Assembly (NCBI GenBank): GCA_022825705.1
Contig: JAJDWH010000001.1
Span: 57,418-121,417, forward strand
DNA: 64,000 nt
Direction: 5' to 3'
Source of the DNA: Alphaproteobacteria bacterium
Lineage (GTDB): Bacteria > Pseudomonadota > Alphaproteobacteria > TMED109
Below the pieces are notes generated by a model that saw only the letters and a list, made by a program, of their open reading frames with translations, had not been told where the DNA came from and made no database searches. Below, piece after piece: positions 1-9,699 of the stretch. Position numbers and translations under genes: made by a program. The first letter of the stretch is position 1. Each line of letters opens with the position of its first letter.

Positions 1-105
1 GACTGGCAAGGTCGACGGCTCAAGCCGACGGCCCAGCTCGGCATGCGCCTCCGCCAGCGGAATCAGCCCACCGCCGAAGGCGAAGCAGTCGTCCTTAAGC
101 TGCAC
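1..105 (-). CDS. MoeA-like molybdopterin molybdotransferase paralogue, N-terminal 35 codons only (continues beyond left edge)
   Basis: Hand translation of the minus strand from GTG 105..103 gives MQLKDDCFAFGGGLIPLAEAHAELGRRLEPSTLPV, open to position 1. The pattern recalls MoeA-family N-termini. The start overlaps the mobB 3' end by 11 nt. It is absent from the ORF track because there is no stop inside the window. Confidence 0.4.
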   Translation of the reverse strand, partial: MQLKDDCFAFGGGLIPLAEAHAELGRRLEPSTLPV

Positions 106-604
106 GGTGCGAGATGCCGAGTTCGACGAGAATGAAGTCGACGATCGCGGCCTCGTCGTTCAGCGGAAGGACCCTGCGATCGAATTCCGACACCGGGGCA
201 TCGGCTGCAATGGCGATGATCATGGGGTCGTCGGCCGCAAGCAACGGACGTCTCAGGGAAGGACGATGCACCTCAATCTTCTTGTGGGCCCCGCCCTTCC
301 AGCCTTCGATCAGCAGGACGTCGACCGCCTCCATCCGCGCGATCAAGCGCTCAGGGGTTCGGTCAACGTTGCGTTCCTCGTGGATCAGCGCCCAGCGCTG
401 TCCCGAGGCGACAAGGACCTCGCGAGCGCCGGCCTCGCGGTGAACGAAACTGTCTTTCCCCGGCCGGTCAATTTCAAAGCTGGCGTGCGCGTGCTTCAGG
501 GTCGAAACCGTATGGCCGCGCCGGTTGAATTCCGGGATCAGGCGGGCGATCAGCGACGTCTTTCCGCTTCCCTGCCATCCAACGATGCCAATCCTGGGGA
601 TCAT
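95..604 (-). CDS. mobB: Molybdopterin-guanine dinucleotide biosynthesis adaptor protein MobB
   Basis: 169-aa ORF with Walker A GWQGSGKTS at the N-terminus and MobB-like sequence throughout. Its ATG overlaps the stop of the upstream ORF (ATGA). Confidence 0.85.
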   Translation of the reverse strand: MIPRIGIVGWQGSGKTSLIARLIPEFNRRGHTVSTLKHAHASFEIDRPGKDSFVHREAGAREVLVASGQRWALIHEERNVDRTPERLIARMEAVDVLLIEGWKGGAHKKIEVHRPSLRRPLLAADDPMIIAIAADAPVSEFDRRVLPLNDEAAIVDFILVELGISHRAA

Positions 605-2322
605 TCTTGTCCCCCGCCCGAGCCCTTCTCTCCTGGCCCCTCGCCCGAACCGGACCGGTAGTCGTCCGTTGTGCGGACCCTGGGGCGGGCCTTTTCGCCG
701 GTGGCGAGAGGATCACGGAACTGGTCGATGACCCGGCAATCCGCACACATCTTCACACGCTGCTCCAGACGGGGATCCATCGCCAGCATGGGATGGCCGG
801 CGAGCCTTTGCAGCGTCCGTTCGATGGACTGACGCACGCCGAACGGTTTTCCGCAAGAGATACAGGCAAATGGCTGCTCTTCGTGCAGAGTGCGCCCGGC
901 GCCGGCACCAAGATCCGGCCGCAGTCTTGCCTGCAGCGTGATGGCGTCCTCCGGGCAGGTCGCGCGACACAGGCCGCACTGGACGCACGCATCCTCCTGA
1001 AATCCCAATCGGGGAGTGTCGGGATCATCCTGCAGCGCGCCGGTCGGGCACGCGCCGACACAGGCCAGGCACAAGGTGCAAGCGTTCGGGTCGACCTCGA
1101 TGGCGCCAAAGGCCGCACCCTCGGGCAGGATGATCGTATCGGCGGCGACCGCGGCGTGCGCGTGCAGGTGACGGACAGCCTGCAGTGCGCCGGCTCGTCG
1201 TTCGCCGAGCGCCAGGAATTCGGCCGCCGGCCAGTCCGTTCCGCATTCGAGGGATTGCAGGATGGCGAGCAGGGCGTCCGGGTCGGCCGTGGTGGAATGG
1301 ACCGCGCGGGCCCCGAACCCGAGAGCCTCAGTAATGGCGTTCACCACTGCCATTTGATTGTCAATGGGGCGGAGCGTATCCGGACGGGCCGGGTTGCTGA
1401 CGCACATGACATGGGAAGCTCCCCAGGCCAGGGCCATCGTCATCAATTCGGCGCCCGCTTGTGAAACGACCCCCAACGAAAGCGGTAGCACGCGGGCAAG
1501 ATCATGGCCGGCCTGTTCCCGCGCCGCTTCGATCAGGTCGGCTCCGAATCCGTCACCGTGCAGGAGCAGGATCGGAGCGTGTCCGGAATGCTCGTGCCAC
1601 GCCCGCAACACGGCGCGCAGCCGTCGCAAGGATGCATCCTCGGCCGGTAGGTCGTAGCGAAGCGCTCCCGTCGGGCACGCACCGACGCACAGACCGCAAC
1701 CCGCGCAAACCAGCGGGTCCAGAGCTACGTGGTCGCCCGCGGGTGCAATCGCCCCGGGTGGACAGAGATCAAGGCAACGCGTGCAACCCGAAATCCGGCT
1801 GCGTGCGTGGGCGCAGTACTCGCTACGAACATCGACGAATAACGGGTGCTCAAGATCCCCACGGCACTCGGCGACCGCTTGCAAACCGGCCTGCAGGGCC
1901 TGCGGGTTCCGCGGATCGCAACGCACATATCCTCGTCGGAGCTCGTGGGCCTGGACCGGCGGCGGACCGCGCATGAGATCGAGGATCGCATCCGCCTCCA
2001 GCCGTTCGTCACTGTCTCTCAGCGTCACGATCCAGGCGCCCATGTGCCCGGCCACCTGCGCTGGCCTGCCCACCACGACACGAACGGACGCCTGCGCCGG
2101 ATGGTCGACGGTGTCGCCCGGGCCATCGACGGACAAGACCGTCACCGCATTGCCGTCAGCCAACTCTCGGGCGGCCGGCACTGCGTGTGCCCACGCCCCG
2201 ATGATCAGCACCCTTCCGTGCCCGTGCACGTGGAGCGCGCGTCCAGGCGGCACGGGCTCCTTCGTCCACGCGGCCGACGCGGCGTCCAGGGGTGACCGAT
2301 TCGTTGCCACGGCAGCCAGCAC
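601..2322 (-). CDS. Poly-[4Fe-4S] ferredoxin-domain protein, function unknown
   Basis: 573-aa ORF with Cys motifs GCTRCLDLCP, CAGCGLCVGACP, CTLCLACVGACP and CVQCGLCRATCP, plus a C-terminal CISC-35 residues-CADC. Confidence 0.8.
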   Translation of the reverse strand: MLAAVATNRSPLDAASAAWTKEPVPPGRALHVHGHGRVLIIGAWAHAVPAARELADGNAVTVLSVDGPGDTVDHPAQASVRVVVGRPAQVAGHMGAWIVTLRDSDERLEADAILDLMRGPPPVQAHELRRGYVRCDPRNPQALQAGLQAVAECRGDLEHPLFVDVRSEYCAHARSRISGCTRCLDLCPPGAIAPAGDHVALDPLVCAGCGLCVGACPTGALRYDLPAEDASLRRLRAVLRAWHEHSGHAPILLLHGDGFGADLIEAAREQAGHDLARVLPLSLGVVSQAGAELMTMALAWGASHVMCVSNPARPDTLRPIDNQMAVVNAITEALGFGARAVHSTTADPDALLAILQSLECGTDWPAAEFLALGERRAGALQAVRHLHAHAAVAADTIILPEGAAFGAIEVDPNACTLCLACVGACPTGALQDDPDTPRLGFQEDACVQCGLCRATCPEDAITLQARLRPDLGAGAGRTLHEEQPFACISCGKPFGVRQSIERTLQRLAGHPMLAMDPRLEQRVKMCADCRVIDQFRDPLATGEKARPRVRTTDDYRSGSGEGPGEKGSGGGQE

Positions 2323-2582
2323 CTCTCAGGCAGGCGGAAACGACACCTGTACAGCTTAGCGCCAGAACATTGCCGGAGGTGTCGATAAACCGTCCTTCCA
2401 CGTCTTCAGGCAGGAATGCCAAAATGGTCCGGCAGTCACCGGGCGATCGGCGCCCGCACCCGAGCGGCTCGCTTGCACTGTCGAAGGAACACCAGAAATT
2501 CGAATCCTTGGGGCGCTACCACATCGACTTCGGGCGGTGGCGTAGTATTCGGACTGCTCAGTGGACAGTGAGGAGAGGCGAG

Positions 2583-3035
2583 ATGCGGACCCGGCTGCCG
2601 GTGCGAATCACGCTTGAGCGCAGTGAAGGTTCAGGTCGATGGGCCTCCACCGTCTGGGAAGCGGTGGCAGTCGTGCCCGAAGGTGACTCCGCGGTCCCCG
2701 ACTCTCGGCAGCTCGTGTTGGAACTTCATCGCAAGGAAACAGAAGGATACAGGACAAATCTCGCTGCTGATCGCGCCGTCTACGTGGTTCTCCGGCCTGG
2801 TCCTGACGGCACCGTCTCCGAACCGTTCCTGGCGACCGTCTGCCCATTCGAGGCACAGGATTACGCGGATGACGCCGATTCGCGCGTCGACGCCGTTCCG
2901 ATGCCGACTTCCGTTGCGGCCTGGGTTACGGCCTTCGTGCGCCGCCATCATGTCGACGAGCCGTTCCGGAAACGCAAGCGGGGGCCCAGGTCGTCGCCGG
3001 AATCCTTTGCCCGACCGCCCCGGTCTCAGCGATGA
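2583..3035 (+). CDS. DUF3305-like protein
   Basis: ATG 2583 is preceded by GAGGAGAGG. The sequence (WASTVWEAVAVVP, LELHRKETEGYRTNL, VYVVLRP, ATVCPFEAQDY, HHVDEPFRKRKR) matches my recollection of the DUF3305 family. The track start at 2292 was rejected as upstream read-through. Confidence 0.55.
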   Translation: MRTRLPVRITLERSEGSGRWASTVWEAVAVVPEGDSAVPDSRQLVLELHRKETEGYRTNLAADRAVYVVLRPGPDGTVSEPFLATVCPFEAQDYADDADSRVDAVPMPTSVAAWVTAFVRRHHVDEPFRKRKRGPRSSPESFARPPRSQR

Positions 3036-3556
3036 GAAGCTTCTTCAGCCGATGGTCGAAGCGGGCTGTAGAGGCTCGACGGTCAGAACCGGCTGACACC
3101 CCGTCCGATGAACCCGCAGCCGATCAAGCCGCATCGCTGCCGACAGGCGACGATCCGGAAGAGGCCGGACTCGCGTTGCCAACCGACTTGCCTGATGTGG
3201 AAGAGCTGGGACCGGAGGCGGACTATCGCCCCTTCCTGAAACGCTCCGTCGCACCTGCGCTACGGCGGCTGGCACTTCGACGGCTGTGGCAGAGCGACCC
3301 TGTCCTCGCCAACCTGGATGGTTTGAACGACTACGACGAAGACTTTGCGTCGCTCCACAGGACCGGGGCGGAAGCGATCGCCGACGCTGTCCGGGCGGGC
3401 CGGCGGTACGCCCGTGACCCGCTCGCGGCACGCGATGCACCCGAAGCGCCGGCGGCAGACCCACCGGCGGATTTAGAGGCAGAATCTGCCACGGCGGAAG
3501 CTGAGGCTGCAGCCGGGGATGCGGACGATCCCGAGGTCCCGGAGAAACCAGTTTGA
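3032..3556 (+). CDS. DUF3306-like protein
   Basis: ATG 3032 overlaps the upstream stop (ATGA). The N-terminal FFSRWSKR and the acidic, low-complexity body with LNDYDEDF are typical of DUF3306 as I recall it. Confidence 0.55.
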   Translation: MRSFFSRWSKRAVEARRSEPADTPSDEPAADQAASLPTGDDPEEAGLALPTDLPDVEELGPEADYRPFLKRSVAPALRRLALRRLWQSDPVLANLDGLNDYDEDFASLHRTGAEAIADAVRAGRRYARDPLAARDAPEAPAADPPADLEAESATAEAEAAAGDADDPEVPEKPV

Positions 3557-4197
3557 GCGCGGGTTCGGCCGGCGAGGACACCGCGCCCCTCCCTGGCCCC
3601 GAGGATCGCTCCCGGTCACAGTGCTACCTGCTGTTCTCCGGGCTCCTCCACGCCCCGCCGGCGCCGGACTTGCTGGCCGCAACTGCCGCGCTGCAGGGCG
3701 ATGCCGACCTGTCGCTGCTTGGCTCGCTCAGCAAACTGGGTGCGTGCGCCCGTGAGATGACCGAGGAGGCAATTCGCCACGAATACGAGGATCTGTTTCT
3801 AGGCCTGGGTGAGGCCGGCATCAATCCGTATCAGTCCTACTATGTCACCGGGTTCATGTACGAGAAGCCGCTGGCCGAACTCAGGCGCACGTTCCAGGAC
3901 CTCGGGGTCCGCGCGACCCGCTCCACCGGTGACCCAGAGGATCACGCTGCCGCTATCCTCGAAGCAATGGCCGGGCTGATTGCGGGCACCTACGGATCGC
4001 CCGCCCCCCTGTCATCGCAACAGGATTTCTTTGATCAGCACATCCGGACCTGGATACCAACCCTGTTCAGCGATCTCACGGTCCATCCGGACGCCGTGTT
4101 CTATCAGGCCGTTGGGTTAGCCGGCGCCGCGTTTATCGAAACGGAACAGCGCGCGTTCGAGCAGGTTTCGCCTATGGCCCGAGGCCACGGACCTTAG
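3553..4197 (+). CDS. TorD-family redox-enzyme maturation chaperone
   Basis: TTG start in a TTGA overlap with the upstream stop. Motifs HEYEDLFLG and DPEDHAA, and the overall length, fit the TorD/DmsD family. Confidence 0.7.
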   Translation: MSAGSAGEDTAPLPGPEDRSRSQCYLLFSGLLHAPPAPDLLAATAALQGDADLSLLGSLSKLGACAREMTEEAIRHEYEDLFLGLGEAGINPYQSYYVTGFMYEKPLAELRRTFQDLGVRATRSTGDPEDHAAAILEAMAGLIAGTYGSPAPLSSQQDFFDQHIRTWIPTLFSDLTVHPDAVFYQAVGLAGAAFIETEQRAFEQVSPMARGHGP

Positions 4198-4637
4198 TGA
4201 CAGGATTTCCCGAGAACCCGCAAGCGCCAGTAGTTGTACGGGAGCGGCACCAGGAACCCGGCCGCCAGCATCGGCGGGATCACCCACCATGTCAGCCGCG
4301 CCCCTCCCGTCAGCAGAATGTCCACGGCGTTCATGGCCACTTCCATTCCGAGCATCGACAGCAGTGACATCCCGAAGGCAGTCCGCATCGCCTCGCGCAA
4401 TCGCATGATCCGCGCGAGCATCACGGTTTCAATGGCAAAGCTGGTGATAATCCCGTTCACCATGGCGAGGCTCATGATCAGCCAGACCGGCCAGGGAACG
4501 GCCAGTAGCTGGCATACCCAAATGGTTCCCAGGTCGCCCAGTGCACAGCCGAAAAGGCAGCCCGCGGTGTTGCGGCAGGCCAGGCGGAACACCTGCCAGC
4601 GTGAACTCCCGACCGGGAGGGTGCTCGATATGCTCAT
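4194..4637 (-). CDS. Small polytopic membrane protein (DUF4396-like)
   Basis: 147-aa hydrophobic ORF with a CLFGCALGD motif near the N-terminus. Its 3' end overlaps the TorD-like gene by 4 nt, convergently. Confidence 0.45.
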   Translation of the reverse strand: MSISSTLPVGSSRWQVFRLACRNTAGCLFGCALGDLGTIWVCQLLAVPWPVWLIMSLAMVNGIITSFAIETVMLARIMRLREAMRTAFGMSLLSMLGMEVAMNAVDILLTGGARLTWWVIPPMLAAGFLVPLPYNYWRLRVLGKSCH

Positions 4638-4646
4638 CCCTACAAT

Positions 4647-5939
4647 TTAGCGTCCTCGCCGCAGTGCTTGCCAGCCCGTGTACTGGGCTCCAGACCCTAG
4701 CTCGTCCTCGATTGCCAGGAGCCGGTTGTATTTTGCCGTCCGTTCTCCGCGCGCCAGCGAACCGGTCTTGATTTGGCCACATCCGGTGCCAACGGCCAGA
4801 TCCGCGATCGTCGTGTCCTCGGTCTCACCCGACCGGTGCGACACGATCACGCCGAAATCTGCCGCCGCAGCGGTACGGATTGCGTCCAGCGTCTCACTCA
4901 GGGTTCCGACCTGGTTCAGCTTTGCCAGCAGGGCGTTCGCCGCCCCGTCCCGAATGCCTCTGTCCAGGCGTTCGACGTTCGTCACGAACAGATCATCACC
5001 AACGATCTGCACCCGTCTTCCTGCGGTGGCAGCGAAGGCCTGCCACGCACTCCAGTCATCGTCGCCAAACGGATCCTCGATCGACACGATCGGGTACCGG
5101 TCGACGAGGGCGGTCCAGTACGCTGCCAGACCGTCGGCTTCCAGCGTGAGGTCTTCTCCCTTCAGCCGGTACCAGCCGTCGTCCAGCAGCTCACCGGCCG
5201 CCGCATCCAACGCTATCCCGACCTGTTCGCCGGGCTGATAGCCCGCTCGCTCGATGGCCCGCAGCAGGAACTCGATGGCGTCTTCAGTGCTGTCGAGCGA
5301 CGGCGCGAACCCGCCCTCGTCCCCCAGACCGGTACCGTGGCCCGCCTCAGCCAGCAGGTCCGCCAGTACATGGAAGATCTCGGCCCCCCACCGCAGCGCC
5401 TCGGCGAACGTCGCCGCCCCGGATGGAACGATCATGAACTCCTGCACGTCCAGCCGGTTGCGCGCGTGGGCGCCGCCGTTGAGCAGATTCATGAACGGAG
5501 CCGGCAGGAACCTGGCGGCGAGCCCGCCGAGGTGACGGTAGAGCGGGATGCCCTGGCACCGAGCAGCCGCCCGGGCTGTCGCCAGGCTCACACCGAGTAG
5601 CGCGTTGGCACCCAGGCGGGACTTGTCCGGCGTGCCATCGAGGTCGTTCAGCGCGTCGTCGACCACGCGCTGGTCCATCGCGTCCAAGCCGATAACCGCG
5701 TCCTGAATCTCGCCTTCGACGGCCTGTACGGCCTGGAGGACGCCGCGGCCGCGATACCGCTCCTGATCGCCGTCGCGCCGTTCATGCGCTTCGTGCGCCC
5801 CGGTGGACGCCCCCGCTGGTACGGCAGCCACCGCCCGTGTCCCGGCCCCGAGCGTGACTTCCACCGCGATCGTGGGGTGACCGCGGCTGTCCAGTATTTC
5901 GCGGGCCCGTAGCGAGCGCAGGACCGTAGCCACCATCAT
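4647..5939 (-). CDS. eno: Enolase
   Basis: REILDSRG, SHRSGETED and the C-terminal KYNRLL motifs are present. Start placed at ATG 5939, which forms an ATGA overlap with the kdsA stop; the track start at 5945 is a GTG. Confidence 0.93.
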   Translation of the reverse strand: MMVATVLRSLRAREILDSRGHPTIAVEVTLGAGTRAVAAVPAGASTGAHEAHERRDGDQERYRGRGVLQAVQAVEGEIQDAVIGLDAMDQRVVDDALNDLDGTPDKSRLGANALLGVSLATARAAARCQGIPLYRHLGGLAARFLPAPFMNLLNGGAHARNRLDVQEFMIVPSGAATFAEALRWGAEIFHVLADLLAEAGHGTGLGDEGGFAPSLDSTEDAIEFLLRAIERAGYQPGEQVGIALDAAAGELLDDGWYRLKGEDLTLEADGLAAYWTALVDRYPIVSIEDPFGDDDWSAWQAFAATAGRRVQIVGDDLFVTNVERLDRGIRDGAANALLAKLNQVGTLSETLDAIRTAAAADFGVIVSHRSGETEDTTIADLAVGTGCGQIKTGSLARGERTAKYNRLLAIEDELGSGAQYTGWQALRRGR

Positions 5940-6766
5940 CCGCACTCCTTCGCCAGACGATCGAATGCGACCAGCGTGCCGAGCAGTACCGGCAAGTCCG
6001 ACAACGGCAGCATATTGGGACCGTCGCTGGGAGCGCGGTCGGGGTCAGGATGCGTCTCCATGAACACGGCCGCGACTCCAATGGCGCAGGCCGCCCGCGC
6101 CAGAACCGGCACGAACTCGCGGCGTCCCCCGGACCGCGTCCCCTCGCCGCCCGGTTCCTGTACCGAGTGCGTGGCATCAAACACCACCGGGCAACCGGTT
6201 TGCCGCAGCACCGGCAGCGCCCGCATGTCATTCACCAGGCGGTTGTATCCAAATGATGTGCCGCGTTCGCAGACCAGCACCTGTGCGTTGCCCGCCTGGC
6301 GCAGCTTGTCAACCACGTTCTGCATGTCCCACGGCGCCAGGAACTGCCCCTTCTTCACCATGACCGGTTTGCCCGTCACGGCGGCCGCTTGCAGCAGGTC
6401 CGTCTGACGACACAGGAATGCCGGGATCTGCAGCAGGTCGACGTGCTCGGCCACCGGTGCGCACTGCCCGCGCTCATGAACGTCGGTGACCACGGCCGCC
6501 TGGAGTCGCTCGCGAAGTTCCGCAAACACGTCGAGGGCCGGCGCCATCCCCAGTCCGCGCGGGCTGGCGGCGCTGGTCCGGTTCGCCTTGTCGAACGAGG
6601 TCTTGTAGACAAAACCCACCCCTGCCTTGCGGGTCATCTCCTGCAAGGCAGCGCAGGTCTCGAGCGCGTGGTCCCGACTTTCCATCGCGCACGGACCGGC
6701 GATCAGCGTCAGCGGCTGCCGGTTCCCGATGGCCACGTCACCAACCATGACCTGTTCGGACGGCAT
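5936..6766 (-). CDS. kdsA: 3-deoxy-8-phosphooctulonate synthase
   Basis: 276 aa with AGPCAMES and YKTSFDKANRTS, full-length KdsA-like. Its ATG shares 1 nt with the pyrG stop. Confidence 0.93.
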   Translation of the reverse strand: MPSEQVMVGDVAIGNRQPLTLIAGPCAMESRDHALETCAALQEMTRKAGVGFVYKTSFDKANRTSAASPRGLGMAPALDVFAELRERLQAAVVTDVHERGQCAPVAEHVDLLQIPAFLCRQTDLLQAAAVTGKPVMVKKGQFLAPWDMQNVVDKLRQAGNAQVLVCERGTSFGYNRLVNDMRALPVLRQTGCPVVFDATHSVQEPGGEGTRSGGRREFVPVLARAACAIGVAAVFMETHPDPDRAPSDGPNMLPLSDLPVLLGTLVAFDRLAKECG

Positions 6767-8421
6767 CAGATCAACCGTTCCTGCCGGATGGCGGCCTCGA
6801 TGAATGACGTGAACAACGGATGCGGCGCAAACGGACGCGACCGCAATTCCGGATGGAACTGCACGCCGAAGAACCAGGGATGGCCGCTGAGCTCGGCAAT
6901 CTCGAACAGAGCCCCGTCCGGCGACTTGCCCGAGAACCGGAGGCCCGCCTCGCGCAACCGATCCTCATATGCCGGGTTGACCTCATAACGATGCCGGTGT
7001 CGCTCCCGGACCCGATCCAGGCCATAGATTTCCGACGCCCGGGTACCTGGATCAATCACGCAGTCATAACCTCCAAGACGCATGGTGCCGCCCAGATTGT
7101 CGCCGGGGCTGCGGGTCTCCACGGTACCCGCATGGACCCACTCGGTCATAAGCCCCACGATCGGGTCCGCACAGGCTCCGAATTCGGTCGACCCTGCCTC
7201 ACGGATGCCGGCGAGCGTTCGCGCGACCTCGACAACTGCGAGCTGCAAGCCGAGGCAGATGCCGAGGTACGGCACCTTCCGGGTACGCGCGAACTCGATC
7301 GCGCGCATCTTTCCGGTGATCCCGCGATCGCCGAAGCCGCCCGGCACCAGGATGCCGTGCGCCTGTTGCAGCGTCGCGATCGCCTCTCCCGCCGGATCAT
7401 CCTGTTCCAGGAGTTCCGCATCCAGCCATTGCACCCGAACGCCGACCTGGTGGGCCACGCCACTGTGCACGAGCGCCTCGATAAGTGACTTGTAGGCATC
7501 CTGAAGCCCGGTGTACTTGCCGACCATCGCGATGTTGACCTGGCCTGCGGGGAGGCGGATGGATTTAACCACGCGGTGCCAGCGATCGAGATCCGGAGCC
7601 GGTTTGCCGGGCAGTCCGAAATAGTCCAGCACTTTCGTATCGAGACCTTCCCGACGATAGATCGCAGGAACCTCGTACACCGTGTCAGCGTCGATCGCCG
7701 GTACCACGGATCCGGGATCTACATTGCAGAACAGTGCGAGCTTTGCCCGTTCCGATTCCGGAATGGGGCGGTCACATCGGCACAACAGCAAGTCCGGCTG
7801 AATCCCGATCCCGCGAAGTTCCTTCACCGAATGCTGGGTTGGCTTGGTCTTTTGCTCGCCGACGGCTTCCAGGTACGGCACCAGCGTCAGGTGCAGGTAG
7901 AGCACCCGGGACCGGCCCACCTCGTTACCGAACTGGCGAATGGCTTCAAGGAACGGCAATCCTTCGATGTCTCCGACTGTGCCGCCGATCTCCACCAGCA
8001 CGAAATCCTCGTCCTCCGTGTCCGCCCCGATGAATTCCTTGATCGTGTCGGTCACGTGAGGGATGACCTGGACGGTGCCGCCCAGGTAATCGCCACGTCG
8101 TTCCCGGGCCAGCACCCGCTCGTAGACGCGGCCCGAGGTCACGTTGTCGCTCTGACGCGCCTCGACTCCCGTGAACCGTTCGTAGTGCCCGAGGTCCAGG
8201 TCGGTTTCGGCCCCGTCGTCGGTGACGTAGACCTCGCCGTGCTGGTACGGGCTCATCGTCCCGGCATCGACGTTCAGGTAAGGGTCCAGCTTTCGCAGGC
8301 GCACCCGATAGCCATGGGCCTGCAGCAGGGCCCCCAGGGCAGCTGCGGAAAGCCCCTTGCCAAGGGACGAAACGACGCCGCCCGTGATGAACAAGAACCG
8401 CGGGCTGGCGCTGGACATCAC
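6766..8421 (-). CDS. pyrG: CTP synthase
   Basis: 551 aa with the N-terminal synthetase motif [13 protein letters not shown] and a C-terminal glutamine amidotransferase domain (GICLG, HRHRYE). Confidence 0.95.
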   Translation of the reverse strand: MMSSASPRFLFITGGVVSSLGKGLSAAALGALLQAHGYRVRLRKLDPYLNVDAGTMSPYQHGEVYVTDDGAETDLDLGHYERFTGVEARQSDNVTSGRVYERVLARERRGDYLGGTVQVIPHVTDTIKEFIGADTEDEDFVLVEIGGTVGDIEGLPFLEAIRQFGNEVGRSRVLYLHLTLVPYLEAVGEQKTKPTQHSVKELRGIGIQPDLLLCRCDRPIPESERAKLALFCNVDPGSVVPAIDADTVYEVPAIYRREGLDTKVLDYFGLPGKPAPDLDRWHRVVKSIRLPAGQVNIAMVGKYTGLQDAYKSLIEALVHSGVAHQVGVRVQWLDAELLEQDDPAGEAIATLQQAHGILVPGGFGDRGITGKMRAIEFARTRKVPYLGICLGLQLAVVEVARTLAGIREAGSTEFGACADPIVGLMTEWVHAGTVETRSPGDNLGGTMRLGGYDCVIDPGTRASEIYGLDRVRERHRHRYEVNPAYEDRLREAGLRFSGKSPDGALFEIAELSGHPWFFGVQFHPELRSRPFAPHPLFTSFIEAAIRQERLI

Positions 8422-8475
8422 TGAGAGCCTGGGCTCAAACGGTCCGGTGCGAACATGCCGGCGCCTCGAAGGCGG

Positions 8476-8823
8476 TCAGTCTCCCGTCGGCGGCGCTGGT
8501 TCTGAATCCGGGTCGTCGGTCACGGGCTCCAGGATCCCGGTGGGCAGCGCCTCGTCAGTCACCGGCACCAGCGGAAGCAGGTCGTCGTCGGGAATGCTTG
8601 CCAGTACCGCCAGGAGCAAGCTGATTCCCATGAACGCAACGGCCAGCACAGCCGTCGTCCGGGTGAGCAGGTTGGCAGAGCCACGGCTGCTCATGACCCC
8701 ACCGAACGGGTCGGACCCGCCCCCGATGCCGCCCAATGCCCCGCCATCACTTCGTTGCAGCAGGATGGTGCCGACCAGGGCCGCGGCAACGCATACGTGA
8801 ATGACGAGCAGGAAAGCAGTCAT
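8476..8823 (-). CDS. secG: Preprotein translocase subunit SecG
   Basis: Internal ATG 8823 gives MTAFLLVIHVCVAAALVGTILLQRSDGG..., a typical SecG. It forms an ATGA overlap with the tpiA stop. The upstream part of the track ORF was rejected. Confidence 0.8.
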   Translation of the reverse strand: MTAFLLVIHVCVAAALVGTILLQRSDGGALGGIGGGSDPFGGVMSSRGSANLLTRTTAVLAVAFMGISLLLAVLASIPDDDLLPLVPVTDEALPTGILEPVTDDPDSEPAPPTGD

Positions 8824-9632
8824 GGCAGGACGGTCCGGGTCGGAGAGACTGCCTCGCATATGCCCCAGAATTCCCCGGGTTGCAAGGATGCGCCCCCGAC
8901 GAGCAGCCCATCCACACCGATTCCCTTCCCGATCCGACCGGCGTTGGCAGCCTGCACTGAGCCGCCGTACAGAATTCGCCACGGGCCCGGACCGTACGTT
9001 TGCTCAAGGGCGTCGCGAATCGTCGCGTGCATGGCCTCGATTTCGACTTGACTGGGCACGTTGCCCGTACCGATCGACCATACCGGCTCGTAGGCCACCA
9101 CCACGGTCGAGCAATCGAGATCAGGTGGCAGTGATGCGAGGACCTGGGTGGTGACCTGCGCTTCCGCCCGTCCGTTCGAGCGGGCGGCGGCGCTCTCGCC
9201 GACGCAAACGATCGGCGTCAGACCCGCAGCCGTTGCCGCCACGACTTTCGCCCGCACTTCCTCGTTGCTCTCGTGATGATGGGCTCGCCGTTCCGAATGT
9301 CCCAGCAGCACGAACGTGCAGCCGGCGTCGCCAAGCATCCCTGCAGCCACTTCGCCGGTACGGGGACCCGGCGGTGCACTGGAGCAGTCCTGCGCCCCCA
9401 ACTGAAACGGTGTCTGCCTGATCTCCCGGCCCACCAGATCGAGCAGTGTGTGGGGCGGGCACAGCACGATCTCCGCACACGGAGCGTTCTGTCGGCCGCG
9501 GCCGGCCAGCTGCTTCAGGTCGCCGACCAGCGCGACCGCTTCGGCCCGCGTGCCGTGCATCTTCCAGTTGCCGACCACCAGGCAGGATGATGCGGACAAT
9601 GCGAGGCTCTCTTGGGAAACCGACAGCGGCAC
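8820..9632 (-). CDS. tpiA: Triosephosphate isomerase
   Basis: GNWKMHG, GHSERR and AYEPVWSIGTG motifs. Confidence 0.9.
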   Translation of the reverse strand: MPLSVSQESLALSASSCLVVGNWKMHGTRAEAVALVGDLKQLAGRGRQNAPCAEIVLCPPHTLLDLVGREIRQTPFQLGAQDCSSAPPGPRTGEVAAGMLGDAGCTFVLLGHSERRAHHHESNEEVRAKVVAATAAGLTPIVCVGESAAARSNGRAEAQVTTQVLASLPPDLDCSTVVVAYEPVWSIGTGNVPSQVEIEAMHATIRDALEQTYGPGPWRILYGGSVQAANAGRIGKGIGVDGLLVGGASLQPGEFWGICEAVSPTRTVLP

Positions 9633-9699
9633 GGGTGGCCGGGGCGCTGTGCTCCACTATAGTCTCGCCGTCACTGCTTTTCCGTCGAGAGAATCCATC

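Noticed and set aside
2292-2582. Track starts far upstream of the conserved part for several genes. Examples: 2292 for DUF3305, 13021 trpG, 13305 trpD, 15457 moaC, 25876 HExxH protein, 27784 pdxH, 27892 ALS-like, 37194 dehalogenase, 37918 crotonase, 41145 proB, 55941 ccmC.
   Set aside because: The extensions overlap the preceding gene or are Arg/Pro-rich. An internal start gives the family-typical N-terminus, often with an NTGA overlap or a visible Shine-Dalgarno sequence.
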